Source: Azolla caroliniana (taxonomy: Eukaryota; Plantae; Polypodiophyta). Taken from it: 64,000 bases of DNA. Of this stretch, positions 46,775-61,199 are shown piece after piece; position 1 is the first letter of the stretch, and the number at the start of each line of letters is the position of its first letter. The DNA lies in contig JBHGNT010000008.1 of NCBI GenBank assembly GCA_043228905.1, positions 11,222,001 to 11,286,000 on the forward strand. The letters are read 5' to 3'. Under the pieces are notes generated by a model, which was not told where the DNA came from, did no database searches, and saw nothing but the letters and a program-made list of their open reading frames with translations. The translations under genes and the position numbers were made by a program.

Positions 46775-49700
46775 TGACGGGAACTCAACGCTCCTTATGC
46801 ACAATGCTCGGCCACAACCGAGATTCTTTTCATACACAGAAAACAGGAAACGAAAACACGCGACACAAAGGAGAGAAAAGGGTACACAGAATGTTTATGT
46901 GGAAAGCCCAAAGAGGGAAAAACCACGGCAGCCCACATGCTGCAAACTATCACTAAGTTGGAATGTACAAAACAACGAGTTCACGAAGGCAACGACCTCG
47001 TGCTCACAATCTTCGCCATAGGCGGCGGTTACAATAGAGGCAACGACCTCTTTCTCTCTCTCTCTCTGTACACTGTTACGTGCTCTCTCTTCTTCTTGCA
47101 CCAACAAGAAAATGACAACAACAACTACTAGTTTGCCCTAAGTTATATTTATACTAATATGACTTTTCGGCTATTTACAAATATAGCCTCGATGGACTAT
47201 CAGAAACATATTTACGAATATGTCTCTTCATCCGGTTCTCCGTAGCCGGGTACTCCTCATCTGGTCTTCACCGGGTGTGCATCATCCGGCTCTCCGTAGC
47301 CGGGTACTCCTCATCCGGTTCATACCGGGTCTGCACCATCCGGCCCTCCGTAGCCGGGTACTCCTCATCCGGTCTTCACCGGGTCTATATCATCCGGCTC
47401 TCCGTAGCCCGGTACTCCTCATCCGGTTTCGGCCGAGGCACTATTCTTCTCCCTTCCCATCCGGAGGGACCTGTTTCCCAACAAACTCCCCCTTCACTCC
47501 GGCATGGGGTGTCTTACCAGTCCGATTCTCTTCCGGCATGCATCCAACTTGTCGGGTATCAGCACTTTGGTCAGCATATCTGACCCGTTCTCGGTCGTGT
47601 GGATCTTCATCAGCGCGAACTCCTGGTCATCTACTCTTTCGCAGATCCAGTGGTACCTCCGCTGGATATGCTTCGTCAGGGAATGGTAGGCTGCCATGTA
47701 CTCCGCCTCCGTGGTTGACAATGCAACCGTCTTCTGCAGCCTCGACTGCCACGAAACAACTCCCCCTGTATATGTCATCACATACCCGGATGTAGACCGG
47801 CTGGTATCCCCATCAGCCGACATGTCCGAATCGGTGAAACCGTCCAGTTGAGGTTTTCCGGAGCCGAATTGGAGACACATATTTGAAGTGCCCTTCAAAT
47901 ACCGGAGTATCCATTTGACCGCGTTCCAGTGCTCCTTGCCGGGATTGCTCATGAACCGGCTCACCACTCCAACTGCGTATCCTATATCCGGTTGAGTACA
48001 AACCATTGCGTACATCAAGCTCCCGACGGCAGAGGCATATGGAATCTTCATCATATCCGCCTTCTCTACTTTCGTCTTCGGGCTTTGCTTGCCGGATAGC
48101 CTGCAATTTGCCGGAAGTGTCGATCCGACCGGTTTCGCTTCTGACATGTTGAACCGGTTAAGCGCCTTTGTCACATACTTCTCCTGTGACAACCATAATT
48201 GCTTCCCTCACCGGTTCCGGATGATGTGCATCCCCAACATCTGTCTTGCCGGACCCAAGTCTTTCATTGAGAAGGTCCGGTTGAGAGCCTTCTTCAGCAT
48301 ATGTATTTTGACTTGGTCACGTCCGACGATCAACATGTCATCCACGTACAAAAGGAGTATCAGGAAGTCGCCTCCTTCGAACTTCTTCACAAACACGCAG
48401 TGATCGGCCTGCATCTTGTGGTACCCTTGATCCGTCATGAAGGAGTCGAACTTCCGGTACCATTGTCGGGGAGCTTGCTTCAGTCTGTACAGGCTCTTCT
48501 ACAACCGGCATACCAGGTGCTCCTTCCCTTTCTCCACGAATCCTTCCGGTTGCTGCATGTAGATCTCCTCTTTGAGGTCGCCGTGAAGGAATGTCGTCTT
48601 CACGTCCAGCTGCTCTACCTCGAGGTCCATGCTTGCTGCTATACTCAGCACCGTCCGGATGGAGGTCATCTTTACTACCGGGGCAAATATCTCGTCGAAG
48701 TCCACGCCCTTCTTCTGCTGGAACCCCTTCACCACAATCCTGGCTTTGTATCTCGGGGGGTTGCCGGCATCTCCCGGTTTCAACTTGTACACCCACTTGT
48801 TTCGGAGTGCCCGCTTTCCTTTCGGCAACTCCACCAATTCGTACATATGGTTCTCATGCAGGGAATCCATCTCATCCTACATGGCACTTAACCATTTTCG
48901 GTTATGGGTGTCATCCTCCGCTTCTTCGAAGCTTTCCGACTCTCCCTCATCAGTCAGCAGGACATGCTCTGCATCCGGAAATCTCCGGGGGCTCCTTCTC
49001 TTTCTGAGAGGATATCTCTGTCTTTGGGCTTCGGTAGCCCGCTCCTCCATTTGCTCTTCATCCGAATCCGATTCGGGGTCTTGGCCGGTTCCGGTCTCAG
49101 CTTCCTCTACCTCTTCTTCTGCCGGCTTGGTATCCTCACCGTAACCGGCTGGTCCCTCGAGTGCTAACTGGTCTCTTGCCGGTTGGGTCTGCTCATCGTA
49201 GAGTCGGTCCTTACTGGTCGACTCAGAGTTCATTATCTTTTTCTCCGACTCCCAGTCGGCGAGCGTCTTGTTCTCCATGAAGATAATATCTCGACTCCAG
49301 AATACCTTCTTGTCGACCAGGTCCCACACTCGGTAGCCGAACTCATCGTCACCGTAACCGAGGAATATGCATGGCCGGGTCTTTGGATCTAACTTTCCTC
49401 TCTGGTCCTTAGCTACATGCACGTACGCGAGACACCCGAACACCTTCATATGCCGGTAGGATACTTCCTTACCGGTCCACACTCTCTGTGGCGTGTCTCC
49501 GTCCAAGGGTACTAAGGGTGATCTATTTATCACATATGTCGCCGTCGACAGTGCCTCAGCCAAAAACTTCTTGGGTAGTTTTGCATGCGCTAGCATACTC
49601 CGGACCCTCTCCATTATGGTCCGGTTCATCCTCTCGGCCAGTCCGTTTAGTTCCGGCGTCTTCGGCACGATAAGTTCGAGCCAGATTCCCTTCGAGTGGC

Positions 49701-52255
49701 AGTACTCCTCGAACTGCCCCTGGTACTCTCCTCCGTTATCTGCTCGAACCGCCTTCAGCTTCCGGCCGGTTTCTCTTTCCACTCTTGCGTGGAGCTCTTT
49801 GAAGATGGATAACACCTGATCCTTTGTCTTCAATGGTGTGGCCCACAGCTTCCGGCTGTGGTCATCTATGAACGTCACGGAGTACTACGCTCCAGCATGT
49901 GACTTCGTGTCTACTTGACACACATCTGTATGCACCAACTCCAGTGGTGCATTACGTCTCATCGGTGGCCTTGGTCGGAAGGAGGTCCGGTTCTGCTTAC
50001 CGGCCAGACAATCAGTGCACTTCTCTAAGTGCACATTCTTCACTGGAATGAGGTTATCGTCTGCAAGCCTCTCCATCCCCTTCTCGCTCATATTACACAA
50101 CCTCTTGTGCCACAGCTCACCGGCAGTGTCGGATGCCATGTTCACTTCTTCCGGACATAACCGGGCATTCATCAAGTATAGTGTGTTTACCTTCCGGGCA
50201 CGAGCCACAATTAGGCTCCCTTTGCTGAACTTCATGACACCATTCCAGATGCTACCCATGTAGCCTTCATCATCTAGCCGACCGGTTGATATCAGGTTCA
50301 GACGAACTTCCGGAACGTGTCGGACATCCTTCAGCAGCAACTTGCATCTGGTTGGTGTTCACGGCCACACGTCTCCTATGCTGACAATTCGGCATGTACC
50401 TTCGTTCCCCATCTGGACACAGCTGTGATCACCGGCTGAGTAGGATGAGAAGCATTTCCGGTCCGGGGTAAGGTGGAACGATGCTCCGGAGTCTACCACC
50501 GAGGTCATCTCGTCGCCGGCAAGGTTTATCTCACACTCCTCGGTGATGAGCATCAACTCTTCTTCACTTGCCGCGATTGCCGTCGTTCCCTTCCGGTTCG
50601 GCCCCCTCCGGTCTTTACCGTTCCAGTCTTTACAGTTCCGGTCCGGGGTTTGCTTCGAATCGGTACCGTCGGTTTCCTTGTCTTTACGGAAATGCCGACA
50701 GTTCTTTTGGAAGTGTCCTGGCTTGCCACAATAGAAGCAAGTAGGCCTCCCCCTTGACTTTGACCGTGTCCCCGACTTCTCCCGGTTCTAGGGACTACGG
50801 TTTCTCTGTCTTCCGCGTTCCGATTCGGCAAGGAGCGCTTTGGAGTTGGAGCTCGTATCTTTGTCTTTCCGACGCGCCTCCTCATCTAGTAAGCTCGACT
50901 TTACTCTTGCTAGGGATAACCGTTTTCCTTCCGGCCCGGCGTTGCCCAAAGTGACAACCAACGTCTCCCAGCTATCCGGGAGGGAACCGAGCAGGAGTAG
51001 CGCTAGTACCTCATCGGCAAGAAGTACTTCCAATGATGTTGCCTGGTGTATCAGCCCCTGGAAGCCATTCATATGCTCCGTCATGTTGGAGCCATCTTGG
51101 TACCGGAGTCTTACTAACTTCCGGAATACCGAAACCTGATTAACAACATTTTTGATTTGAAACATTATGCCGATCTTCTCCTAGAGCTCATGAGCCTTGC
51201 TCTCTTCATTGAAGTTGTTGTACAGGCTCATGTCGATGAGGCACCGTATGTACGCCATTGTCTTCATGTGCATCACCTCCCATATCGCGGCGTCGATTTT
51301 GTCCGGTCTCTTGTCCCCGAACTGAACCGGCAGCCAGAGGTCTTTAACCATGAGCATGTCTGTCATCTTCGACTTCCACACTGAATAGTTGGAGCCGGTG
51401 AGCTTGAACATGCCGCCAAACGATTCGTCCATTTTCGGTGTCGTTTCGCTCTGATACCACTTGACGGGAACTCAACGCTCCTTATGCACAACGCTCGGCC
51501 ACAACCGAGATTCTTTTCATACACAGAAAACAGGAAACGAAAACATGCGACACAAAGGAGAGAAAAGGGTACACAGAATGTTTATGTGGAAAGCCTAAAG
51601 AGGGAAAAACCACGGCAGCCCACAGGCTGCAAACTATCACTAAGGTGGAATGTACAAAACAAGGAGTTCACGAAGGCAATGACCTCGTGCTCACGATCTT
51701 CGCCACAGGCGGCGGTTACAACAGAGGCAACGACCTCTTTCTCTCTCTCTCTCTGTACACTGTTACGTGCTCTCTCTTCTTCTTGCACCAACAAGAAAAT
51801 GACAACAACAACTACTAGTTTGCCCTAAGTCATATTTATACTAATATGACTTTTCGGCTATTTATAAATATAGCCTCGATGGACTATCAGAAACATATTT
51901 ACGAATATGTCTCTTCATCCATTTCTCCGTAGCCAGGTACTCCTCATTCGGTCTTCAACGGGTCTGCATCATCCGGCTCTCCGTAGCCGGGTACTCCTCA
52001 TCCGGTCTTCATCGGGTCTGCATCATCCGGTTCTCCGTAGCCGGGTACTCCTCATCCGGTTCATACCGGGTCTGCACCATCCGGCCCTCCGTAGCCGGGT
52101 ACTCCTCATCCGGTCTTCACCGGGTCTGTATCATCCGGCTCTCCGTAGCCGGGTACTCCTCATCCGGTTTCGGCCGAGGCCTATCGACCTCGGCCGAGTT
52201 TGTTCATTGGCACTGTTCTTCTCCCTTCCCATCCGGAGGGACCTGTCTCCCAACA
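46775..52255 (-). mobile_element. Ty1/copia B5, full-length with several stops; LTRs 46775-47483 and 51462-52255; TSD ATATC
   Basis: ATATC at 46770-46774 and 52256-52260. PBS 51447-51459; gag ATG 51432; in-frame RNase H deletion (YMAA|YH). Confidence 0.94.
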
Positions 52256-54992
52256 ATATCTTCTCTAGATGTGCTTGGTCCAGGAATGGTAGGCCGCGTT
52301 CTTAGCAAGGTGAATGGCATTTTGGTTGTTGCAGTAGAGCCGGTATTCCTCCTATTGAATCCCTAGCTCTTTGATAAAGTCCTTCATCTATATTGCGTCC
52401 TTGCCGTCTTCCACAGCTACCATGTACGCCGCTTTTGTTGTTGATAGTGCAATGGACTTCCGCAACCTCGACTGCCATGATACGACTCCCCCTACATATG
52501 TCATGACGACTGGACCGGCTAGTATCCGCATCAGCCGACATATCCTAATTTGTAAAGCCTTCCAGTTGGGGTTTACCTAAGCCGAACTAGAGGCATATAC
52601 TCGAGGTGTCTTTCAAGTACCGGAGTATCCACTTGTTCCTGGATTGCTCATGAATCGACAGACTACTCCGACTGTGTATCCTATATTTCATCGGGTGCAC
52701 ACCATCGCGTACATGAAGCTTCTAATAGAAAAGGTATATAGTATATTCATCATATCCGACTTCTCTGCCTTTGTTTTCGGCCTCTTCTTTCCGAACAACT
52801 TATAGTTTGCCAGAAGTGTCGACCCTACCGGCTTCGCATCCGACATGTTGAACCCTTTAAGCACCTTAGTCACGTACTCCTCCTGTGATAGCCATAGCAA
52901 TTTCTTCGACCGGTCCTAGATTATGTGCATCCCCAATATCTGTCTCGCCAAACCTAAAACTTTCATTGAGAAGGTTTGGTTCAAAGCCTTCTTCAGATTT
53001 CCGATTTTGGTTCGGTCTGGTTCAACGATCAACATGTCATCTACATACAATAGGAGTATCAGGCAATCACCTCCATCAAATTTCTTCACGAACACGTAGT
53101 GGTCGGCTTGCTTCTTGTGGTACCCTTGGTCGATGTTCAAGGAGTCGAACTTCCGGTAACATTGCCGGAGAGCTTGCTTCAGACCGTATAAGCTCATCTT
53201 CAACCGGCACAATAGGTGCTCCTTCCCTCTCTTCTCAAATCCTTCCGGTTGCTGCATGTAGATCTCTTATTCGATGTTGCCATGTAGGAATGTTGTCTTG
53301 ACGTCCAATTGCTCTACCTCAAGGTCCATGCTTGCCGCTATGCTCAACACCGTCCGGATGGATGTCATCTTTACTACCGGGGCAAAGATATCATCGAAAT
53401 CTACTCCTTTCTTCTGTTGAAAGCCCTTCACCACAATCCGAGCCTTGTACCTCGGTGGATTTCCAGCATCTCCGGATTTCAGCTTGTACACCCACTTGTT
53501 TTGGAGTGCCCTCTTTCCTTTCGGCAACTTCATCAGTTCGTATGTGTGGTTCTGATGTAGGGAATCCTTCTCATCTTGCATGGCACTCAACCAATTGCAG
53601 TTGTGGGTGTCTTTCTTTGCTACTTCGAAGCTTTCCGGCTCCCCCTCATTGGTCAGCAATACGTGCTCCGCATTCGGAAATCTCCAAGGGCTCTTCTCTC
53701 TCTACGAGGGTATCTCCATCCTTGGTCTTGAACTATTGGTTCCTCTGTTTGTTCTCCAGCCGAATCCACTTCGGGGTCTTCACCGGTTCCAATGTCTAAA
53801 ACTTCTTCTTCGGTAGGTCCGGATTCTTGTCCGACTCCGACTGGTTCTTCGAGCGTCGTTCGGCTTCCGGCCGGATGAGTGCTTGTGTCTTTTAATCGAT
53901 CTCTATCGGTCAATCCGGAGTCCGCTATCTTTTTCTTCGACTCCCAATCGGCAATAGTCTTTGTGTTGCATGAAGACTATGTCTCGACTTCGGAACACCT
54001 TCTTGTTGACCAAGTCCCACGCTCGGTAGCCGAACTCATCATCATCATATCCGAGGAATATGCATGGCTGGGACTTCGGATCCAACTTTGCTCTCTTATC
54101 ATTTGCAACATGCATATAAGAGAGACAACCGAATACCTTCAGATGTTGGTAAGACATATCTTTACCAGTCCATACTCTCTATGGTCTGTCTCCTTCCAAG
54201 GGTGGTAAGGGTGATTTGTTAATCATGTACGTCACCGTCATCAACGCCTTAGCCCAAAATGTCTTGGATAACTTTGCATGTGCTAGCATGCTTCGAACTC
54301 TCTCCATTATGGTTTGGTTCATCCGTTTAGCCAGCCCGTTCAATTCCAACGTCTTTGGCACAGTGAATTCTAGTTGGATTCCTTTTGACCGACGTTACTC
54401 CTCGAACTGCCCCCAATATTCGCCTTTGTCATCTACTCGAACTACCTTTAGCTGTTGGGCAATTTCCCTTTCCACACTCGTGTGGAGCTCCTTGACGATG
54501 AACAACACCTAATCCTTCGTCTTCAACGGTGAGACCCACAACTTACGGCTTTGTTCGTCTATGAACGTCACGAAGTACTTTGATATGGCATGTGACTTCG
54601 TGTCCACTTGACACACATCAGTATGCACTAGCTCCAATGATGCATTCCATCTCATCAGTGGTCTTGACCGGAAGGAGGTTCGGTTTTGCTTGCCGGCCAA
54701 GCAATTGGTGCACTTCTCAAGATGCACGTCTTTTACCTCCGGAATGAGGTTATCTTCGGCAAGTCTTCTCATCCCCTTCTGGCTCATGTGACACAGTCTC
54801 TTGTGCCACAACTCACCGTCATTGTCAGATGCTATGTTCACTTCTTCCCGGCATATCTGAGCATGCATTAGGTACATCGTGTTGATCTTTTGGGCTTGAG
54901 CCACGATGAGGCTTCCTTTGCTGAGTTTCATGACTTGTTCCGGATGCTACCTGTGTAGCCTTCATCATCTAGCCGACCGACTGATATCAGGT

Positions 54993-55140
54993 TCAACCGA
55001 ACCTCCGGAATGTATCATACATCCTTCAACCGAACCTTCGGAATGTATCGGACATCCTTCAATCGAACCTCTGGAATGTATCATACATCCTTCAACCGAA
55101 CCTCCGGAATGTATCGGACATCCTTCAACCGAACCTCCGG
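54993..55140. repeat. 33-bp tandem repeat x4.5 inside B4 pol
   Basis: TCAACCGAACCTCCGGAATGTATC(AT/GG)ACATCCT units with alternating variants. Confidence 0.9.
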
Positions 55141-56462
55141 TTGATGTCGTGAACCACACATCGCATATGCTTACAATTCAGCATCCACCTTCATTCCCCA
55201 TCCAGATAGAACCGTGATCTTTGGCTTTGTAGGATGAGAAGCATTTCCAGTCCGGTGTAAGGTGGACTGATGCTCCAGAATCAACAACCCACGTTGTCTC
55301 GTTGCCGACAAGGTTTAACTCATTCTCCTCGGTGATGAGCAGCAGTTCTTCTTCACTTGTCGCGATTGCCGACGTTGCTTTCCGATCCGGACCTTTCCGG
55401 TCCGAACTCTTCTTCAAATAAGTGGTGTCAGACATTTTCTCTTTCCGAAAATGCTGACAGTTCTTCTGGAAGTGCCCCGACTTCCCACAGTAGAAGCAAA
55501 TAGGCCTCCCCCTTGACTTTGATCTTGTCCCTGATTTGTCCCGGTTTTGGGGACGCCAATTTCGGCCTCTTCCCCGGTTTTGGTCATCTTCCGTAACCAA
55601 AGCCTTCAAGTTGGTTACAGATTCCCGATCCTTCCGGAGAGCTTCTTCATCTAGCAAGCTTTATTTTATCCTTGCTGGGGACAACTGCTTTCCTTCTGGC
55701 CCGGCGTTGCCCAACATGACAACTAGCGTCTCCCAACTATTCGGGAGGGAAGCGAGCAGGAGTAATGCAAGTACCTCGTCGGCCTGAGGTACTTCAAGTG
55801 AAGTTGTTTGATTTATAAGCCCTTGGATTGCATTTATGTGCTCTACCATGCTGGATCCATCTTGGTACCAGAGTCTCACTAACTTCCAGAATATCGAAAC
55901 CCAATTTACGGCATTTTTGCTCTCTGAGCATGGTGCCGATTTTCTCCAAGAGCACATGAGCCTTACTTTCTTCATTGAAGTTGTTGTACAGGCTCATGTC
56001 AATGAAGCACCGTATGTATGTCATCATCTTCATGTGCATCACCTCCCATGTCATGGCATTGATCTTGTCTGGTTTCTTGTCCCCGAACTGTACCAACAAC
56101 TAGTGATCTTTAACCACGAGCTTCTCCTTCATCTTCAACTTCCACACTAGGTAGTTGGAGCTGATGAGCTTGAACATGCTTCCAAATGACTCTTCCATTT
56201 TCTTGTTCGCTCTGATACTAGTTTGTGTGGAATAACGCTCGGCCACAACCAAAACTCAAACACTTTATGAAAGAACAAAACGGAAATGGAGGTTCGTACA
56301 TTTACACAAAAGAGACGACACAAGATGTTTACGTGGAAAGCCCTAATAGGGAAAAACCACGGGAGCCCACAGACTCCAACTATCACTATACGAGAAAAGA
56401 GGTACAACAGGAGACTCAGAGGCAACAACCTCGAGCTCTGTATCTTCGCCAACCGGCAACTT

Positions 56463-56540
<78 letters not shown>

Positions 56541-58077
56541 CTATTACGATACAACAAACAACAACAACAACACTAACATTCTGTTACAAAGTGATTGCCC
56601 TAAATCATATTTATACTTATATGACTTTACAAGCACACGAGAAACATATTTGCAGATATGTCCCCGGATTTGGTTCAGACCGGATACCTTCCGGTCCGGT
56701 CTGGTTGCTGCATCCGGTCCGGTTCCTTCCTTCGGCTCGTCCGCTCCGGCTCATCCGGATCCCATTCAGAGGGACCGAATTCCCAACAATATTTGTCTCA
56801 CCGGACCCAGATCTTTCATTGAGAAGGTCCGGTTCAAGGCCTTCTTTAGATTCTCGGTTTTGGTTTGGTCCGGTCCAACAATCAGCATGTCATCCACATA
56901 CATCAGAAGTATCAAGAAGTCTCCTTTGTCAAATTTCTTCACGAAGACGCAATGACCAGCCTGCATCTTGTGGTATCCTTGGTTGGTCATGAAGGAGTCG
57001 AACTTCCAGTACCATTGTCGCAAGCTTGCTTTAGTTCGTATAAGCTCTTCTTCAACCGACACACTAGGTGCTCGTTCCCTTTCTTGATGAATCCTTCCGG
57101 ATGCCGCATGTAGATCTCCTCCTCGAGGTCTCCATGAAGGAACCCCCGTCTTTAAATCTAGCTATTCAACCTCGAGGTCCATGCTTGCCGCTATGCTCAG
57201 CACCATCCAGATGGATGTCATATATACTACTAGAGGAAAGATCTCGTCGAAATCCACTCCCTTCTTCTGTTGAAACCCTTTCACCACGATCCGAGCTTTG
57301 TACCTAGGTGGATTTCTAGCATCTCCCAATTTTAGCTTGTACACCCACTTGTTCCGGAGCGCTCTCTTTCCTTTTGGCAGCTCTGTCAATTCATATGTGT
57401 GGTTCTCATGTAGGGAATGCATCTCGTCCTGCATAACACTTAACCACTTGCAATTGTAGGTGTTTTTCTTTGCTTCTTCGAAGCTTTCCGGCTCCCCCTC
57501 GTCAGTCATTAAAACATGCTTTGGATACTAAAATCTCCAAGGGTCCCTTCTCTCTCTTAGAGGATATCTCTGTCCCTGGTTTTCGACTACTGATTCCTCG
57601 AACTGTTCTTCATCCAAGTCTGATTTGTCCGGTTCCAGTGTCTGATTCTTCTTCTTCGATCGGATCGGTTTCTTGTTTGACTCTTACCAGTTCTTCGAGT
57701 GTCATCCGGCTTCCAGTTGGATGGGTTCTAGCATCTTCTGACCGATCTCTGTTGGTTGACCCGGAGTTCGTTGTCTTCTTCTCCGACTCCCAGTCAATGA
57801 TTATATTGTCTTCCATGAAGACTATATCTCGACTCGGGAAAACCTTCTTGTCGACCAAGTCCCATACTCGATATCCAAACTCATCATCACTGTATCCAAG
57901 GAATATGCATGGCCGAGACTTCATATCTAATTTCCCTCTCTTGTCCTTTGCTACATGCATGTACGCAAGACACCCGAACACCTTTAGATGCCGGTTGGAC
58001 ACATCTTTGCCGGTCCATACTCGCTGCGATGTATCTCCTATGTTGAGGATGATCTGTTTATCACGTATGTCACTGTT

Positions 58078-60824
58078 TATCACGTGCCCAGGCAAGTTCC
58101 CACTTGGCCTAATGGGTTGTCCCTATTCCAAGGATTAAAAGTACTCCTTTCCTTCTTTACCCTCTCGTTTAACCCTCATACTTTATCCACATGTATAGAA
58201 TACTATGGTAAAACTTACCACATGATATGGTCATGACCGTAACATACTCCCCCTTTTTTAAAACATTGCACTCTTGCAATGGAAAGTTAGGGAAGTTAGT
58301 TGTAAGTGTATTTTCGCGTTCCCATGTGGCATCTTTGTTAGACTTATCCATCCATTTTATTTTAAATTCTCCCATTATTTTAGAATGCAAATTCTCCCAT
58401 TGTTTTAACATTGAGAAATTTTTCTGGTACATGTGGTTTAGAAGATAATTCTTTAGAACTGACCAGAGTTTTAGTTGTCACTATATTGTCGCCAGAACCA
58501 AGAACTAGATGGATTTCAATGCGACTAGGAAGACCGAGACGATAGGCTGATGAACCAATGCGTTTGAGGCACTTACCTGTAGACAATGTCTTAGAATTGT
58601 GAGATACACGTAAAAATACCTTCTGTTCAAGGTTGAATACACTAGGTTGCCAATTATGATCGGCATAAAAACGCGCTCTATCTTGAGCAGTTTTTATATT
58701 ATCTCGTGCAATATGCAACATATCTTGCATATCCCGAAGAAAGTTTTGCGTAGTTCACAATTCATCATTATTTATATTAACTCAATCGGGGCTCGTGGAT
58801 GAAAACCATACACAAGAGGACTATATCCCATCGATGTATGTTTAGAGTTATAAGAAAACTCCAAAATTGGGTGATAACGTTCCCATTTTGTTGGCTTTGC
58901 ACCAACGTATGCTCTAAGCATGTCCTCAATAGTTTAATTTACTCGTTTTGTCTGTCCATCCGATTGAGATGATCTGTGGAGGTCATGCTCAATGTAGTTT
59001 CTAACTTCTTAAAGACTTGTTTCCAAATGTCACTAGCAAACTTTGTATCTCGATCACTCACAATATCCATTGGTAACCCATAAAAATGAAATAACTCCTC
59101 AATATTGGTAAGCCAATTCAGGAGTTATTATCATGATTTTGGTTTTGATAGCAATAAATCTGGCCATTTTAGTTAGTCGATCAACCACAACCCACATGGC
59201 ATCATGGCCTTTTGGGTGTGAGGAAGACTAACAATAAAATCCATGGATATACTTTACCACTTATTGTTGGGAATTTCCAAGGGATGTCAAAATCCATCGT
59301 CTTTAAGTCGCTTGGTTTTGTTAACCTGACAGTGGTGACATTTAGTCACATAGCTATGTATGTTAGGATGCATCTTACATCAATAGAATTGAGTGGAGAT
59401 AACAACGAGTGTGCAATATATTCCAAGGTGCCTTACTGAGGGTGCATCATGGCATTCAAAAAGAATTCTCTTGACCTTAGGCAAATTTGGAACACAAACC
59501 TTCCCATTACAGTAGAGCAGACCGTTTGCAATGTGGAAGGTTTCCTTCAAGGATGTGGTGGTGTCTGTTCCGCCTAGTACGTCGCAAAATAACTGTCATC
59601 AGGATAATTTCATAAAGTGATCATAAAGATCTAATGTTATTTTAGTGAAGCTAAGCATGTTAACTTCACGGATGCAACTTAGTGCATCAATGACAGTGTT
59701 CATGGAACCTTTACGACATCGTATGGAAAAATCAAAGTCCTAAATGAGATCAACCCATCATGCCTTACGACCTTTCAGGTCTTGTTGGTCATAAAAAAAT
59801 TTCAAGGACTCATGGTCCGTAGTTAGCACAAAACAATTTCCATAAAGATTATGGCGCCATGGCTTGAGCGCGTGAATAACTACAAATAATTCCTTTTCTT
59901 GAACGGTATACCGACATTGAGGAGAATCAAGTTTCTTATGCTCAAATGTGATTGGTTGACAATCTTGATATAATACGGCAACCTGAAAAGCTTTTGACTT
60001 GAAAAGGTTTTGAAGGATCTAGTAAAAGAAGCGAAGGAGCCTTTCACTCCAAGTCCTTGAGTTCCTTAAAGCAGAGATCTAGTGTAGCATTCCATACAAT
60101 AGGTTTTGTAGACTTACGCGTTTGACCTTTGAGAAGATCAGTAAACGACATTGTCAATTGGGAGTAATTATGAAGAGATTTTCACAAAAACCCGACAAAA
60201 CCAAGGAATGATCGAACTTCTCGAATATTCCGAAGAGTGGGCAAAGTTTGAGTTTTCTATGCAAGAAGGATCAATTTCAACTCGTTCAGTTATGAGATAT
60301 GCAAGATAAGTAATTGATTTCTTAAAGAACTCGCATTGTGAGATCTTCTCGTAGAATTGCTTGTCACTCAATGTTTATAAAACAAAGCGGACATGTTTAG
60401 TATGTTCTTCTAATGTACGGCTATAAACTCGAATATCATCCAAGAAAATAACGACAAATTTTCCAACTTGTTCTTGGAAAATGTCATTCATTGAAATGTG
60501 GTTGGAGCATTGGTCAAACCGAAAGGCATGACCAAAAATTCATAAGGGTAATAGTGCGTACGAAATGCCGTTCTAGGAACATCTTCCTCACTTATACAAA
60601 TTTGATGGTAGCCCATACAAAGCTCAAGTTTCGTAAAATATCAAGCTCCCTAGAGACAGTCAATTAGATCGTTAGCCCGGGGCCATGGATATGAATTCTT
60701 GATCGTCAGTTTATTCAAGCATCGGTAATTAATACACATACACCATGTGCCCTCTTTCTTTTTTACCAAGAGAACAGGTGCATCCCCATGGAGATTTACT
60801 ATAACGTATATAACCCATTCGTAA
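58078..60824 (-). mobile_element. Ty3/gypsy G1, chromovirus-type, degenerate: short 3' LTR about 58078-58244, PPT, chromodomain, IN, RH, RT
   Basis: Chromodomain FKIKWMDKSNKDATWERE; IN SH3 region (IGSSAYRLGLP); RT IFLDDIRVYS and [10 protein letters not shown]; RT-RH-IN order; PPT AAAAAAGGGGGAG. Confidence 0.85.
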
Positions 60825-60996
60825 TGTGACTGTGACTCAAGGAGAAGGGACTCTCCCCAACGACCTGCATAAGGAAGAAGAGAAGTAAGAAAAAGGGATC
60901 GTGCATTAGCGAGGACAAAGTGCTACCGGACCGTGTACCGAGCTCTCTCTCTCTCCTCCTTCGGTTGTCATTCTCTGTGGGTTTTTGGGAGATCGT
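60825..60996. mobile_element. Probable LTR fragment of a further element inserted in the G1 RT and interrupted by G2
   Basis: Begins TGTGAC exactly where G1 RT coding stops; unrelated to its flanks. Confidence 0.45.
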
Positions 60997-61199
60997 TGTC
61001 GCGAAGTTTCGCGCACGTGTGTTACTTGGGCGGGACCACGGGGGTCTTGGACTAGGGAGTACTCAAGGGATAGAGAAGACCGAAGTTTGCTTTACAACAA
61101 TACTACTTCCCGACCCCTTCCCGAGCAAGGTCTCATTGCCCTTTGTTTTGTGAGGCCAGTGGCTCTCGTTGATCATGACTCGTCGACCTTCTAAGATCA

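Larger units (their letters stand above)
46035..56788 (-). mobile_element. Ty1/copia B4, full-length, degenerate; LTRs 46035-46600 and 56224-56788; TSD ATATC/ATATT
   Basis: Matching diverged LTRs, PBS about 56208-56220, gag-pol fragments at 46601-46774 and 52256-56200. Confidence 0.9.
44565..58077 (-). mobile_element. Ty1/copia B3, outer host of the nest (own sequence about 44565-46034 and 56789-58077; 3' LTR about 44565-45146), cut by gypsy G1
   Basis: LTR end TTCCCAACA plus PPT. RH/RT to 46034 continues seamlessly at 56794; IN fragment to about 58077. Left LTR boundary approximate. Confidence 0.85.
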
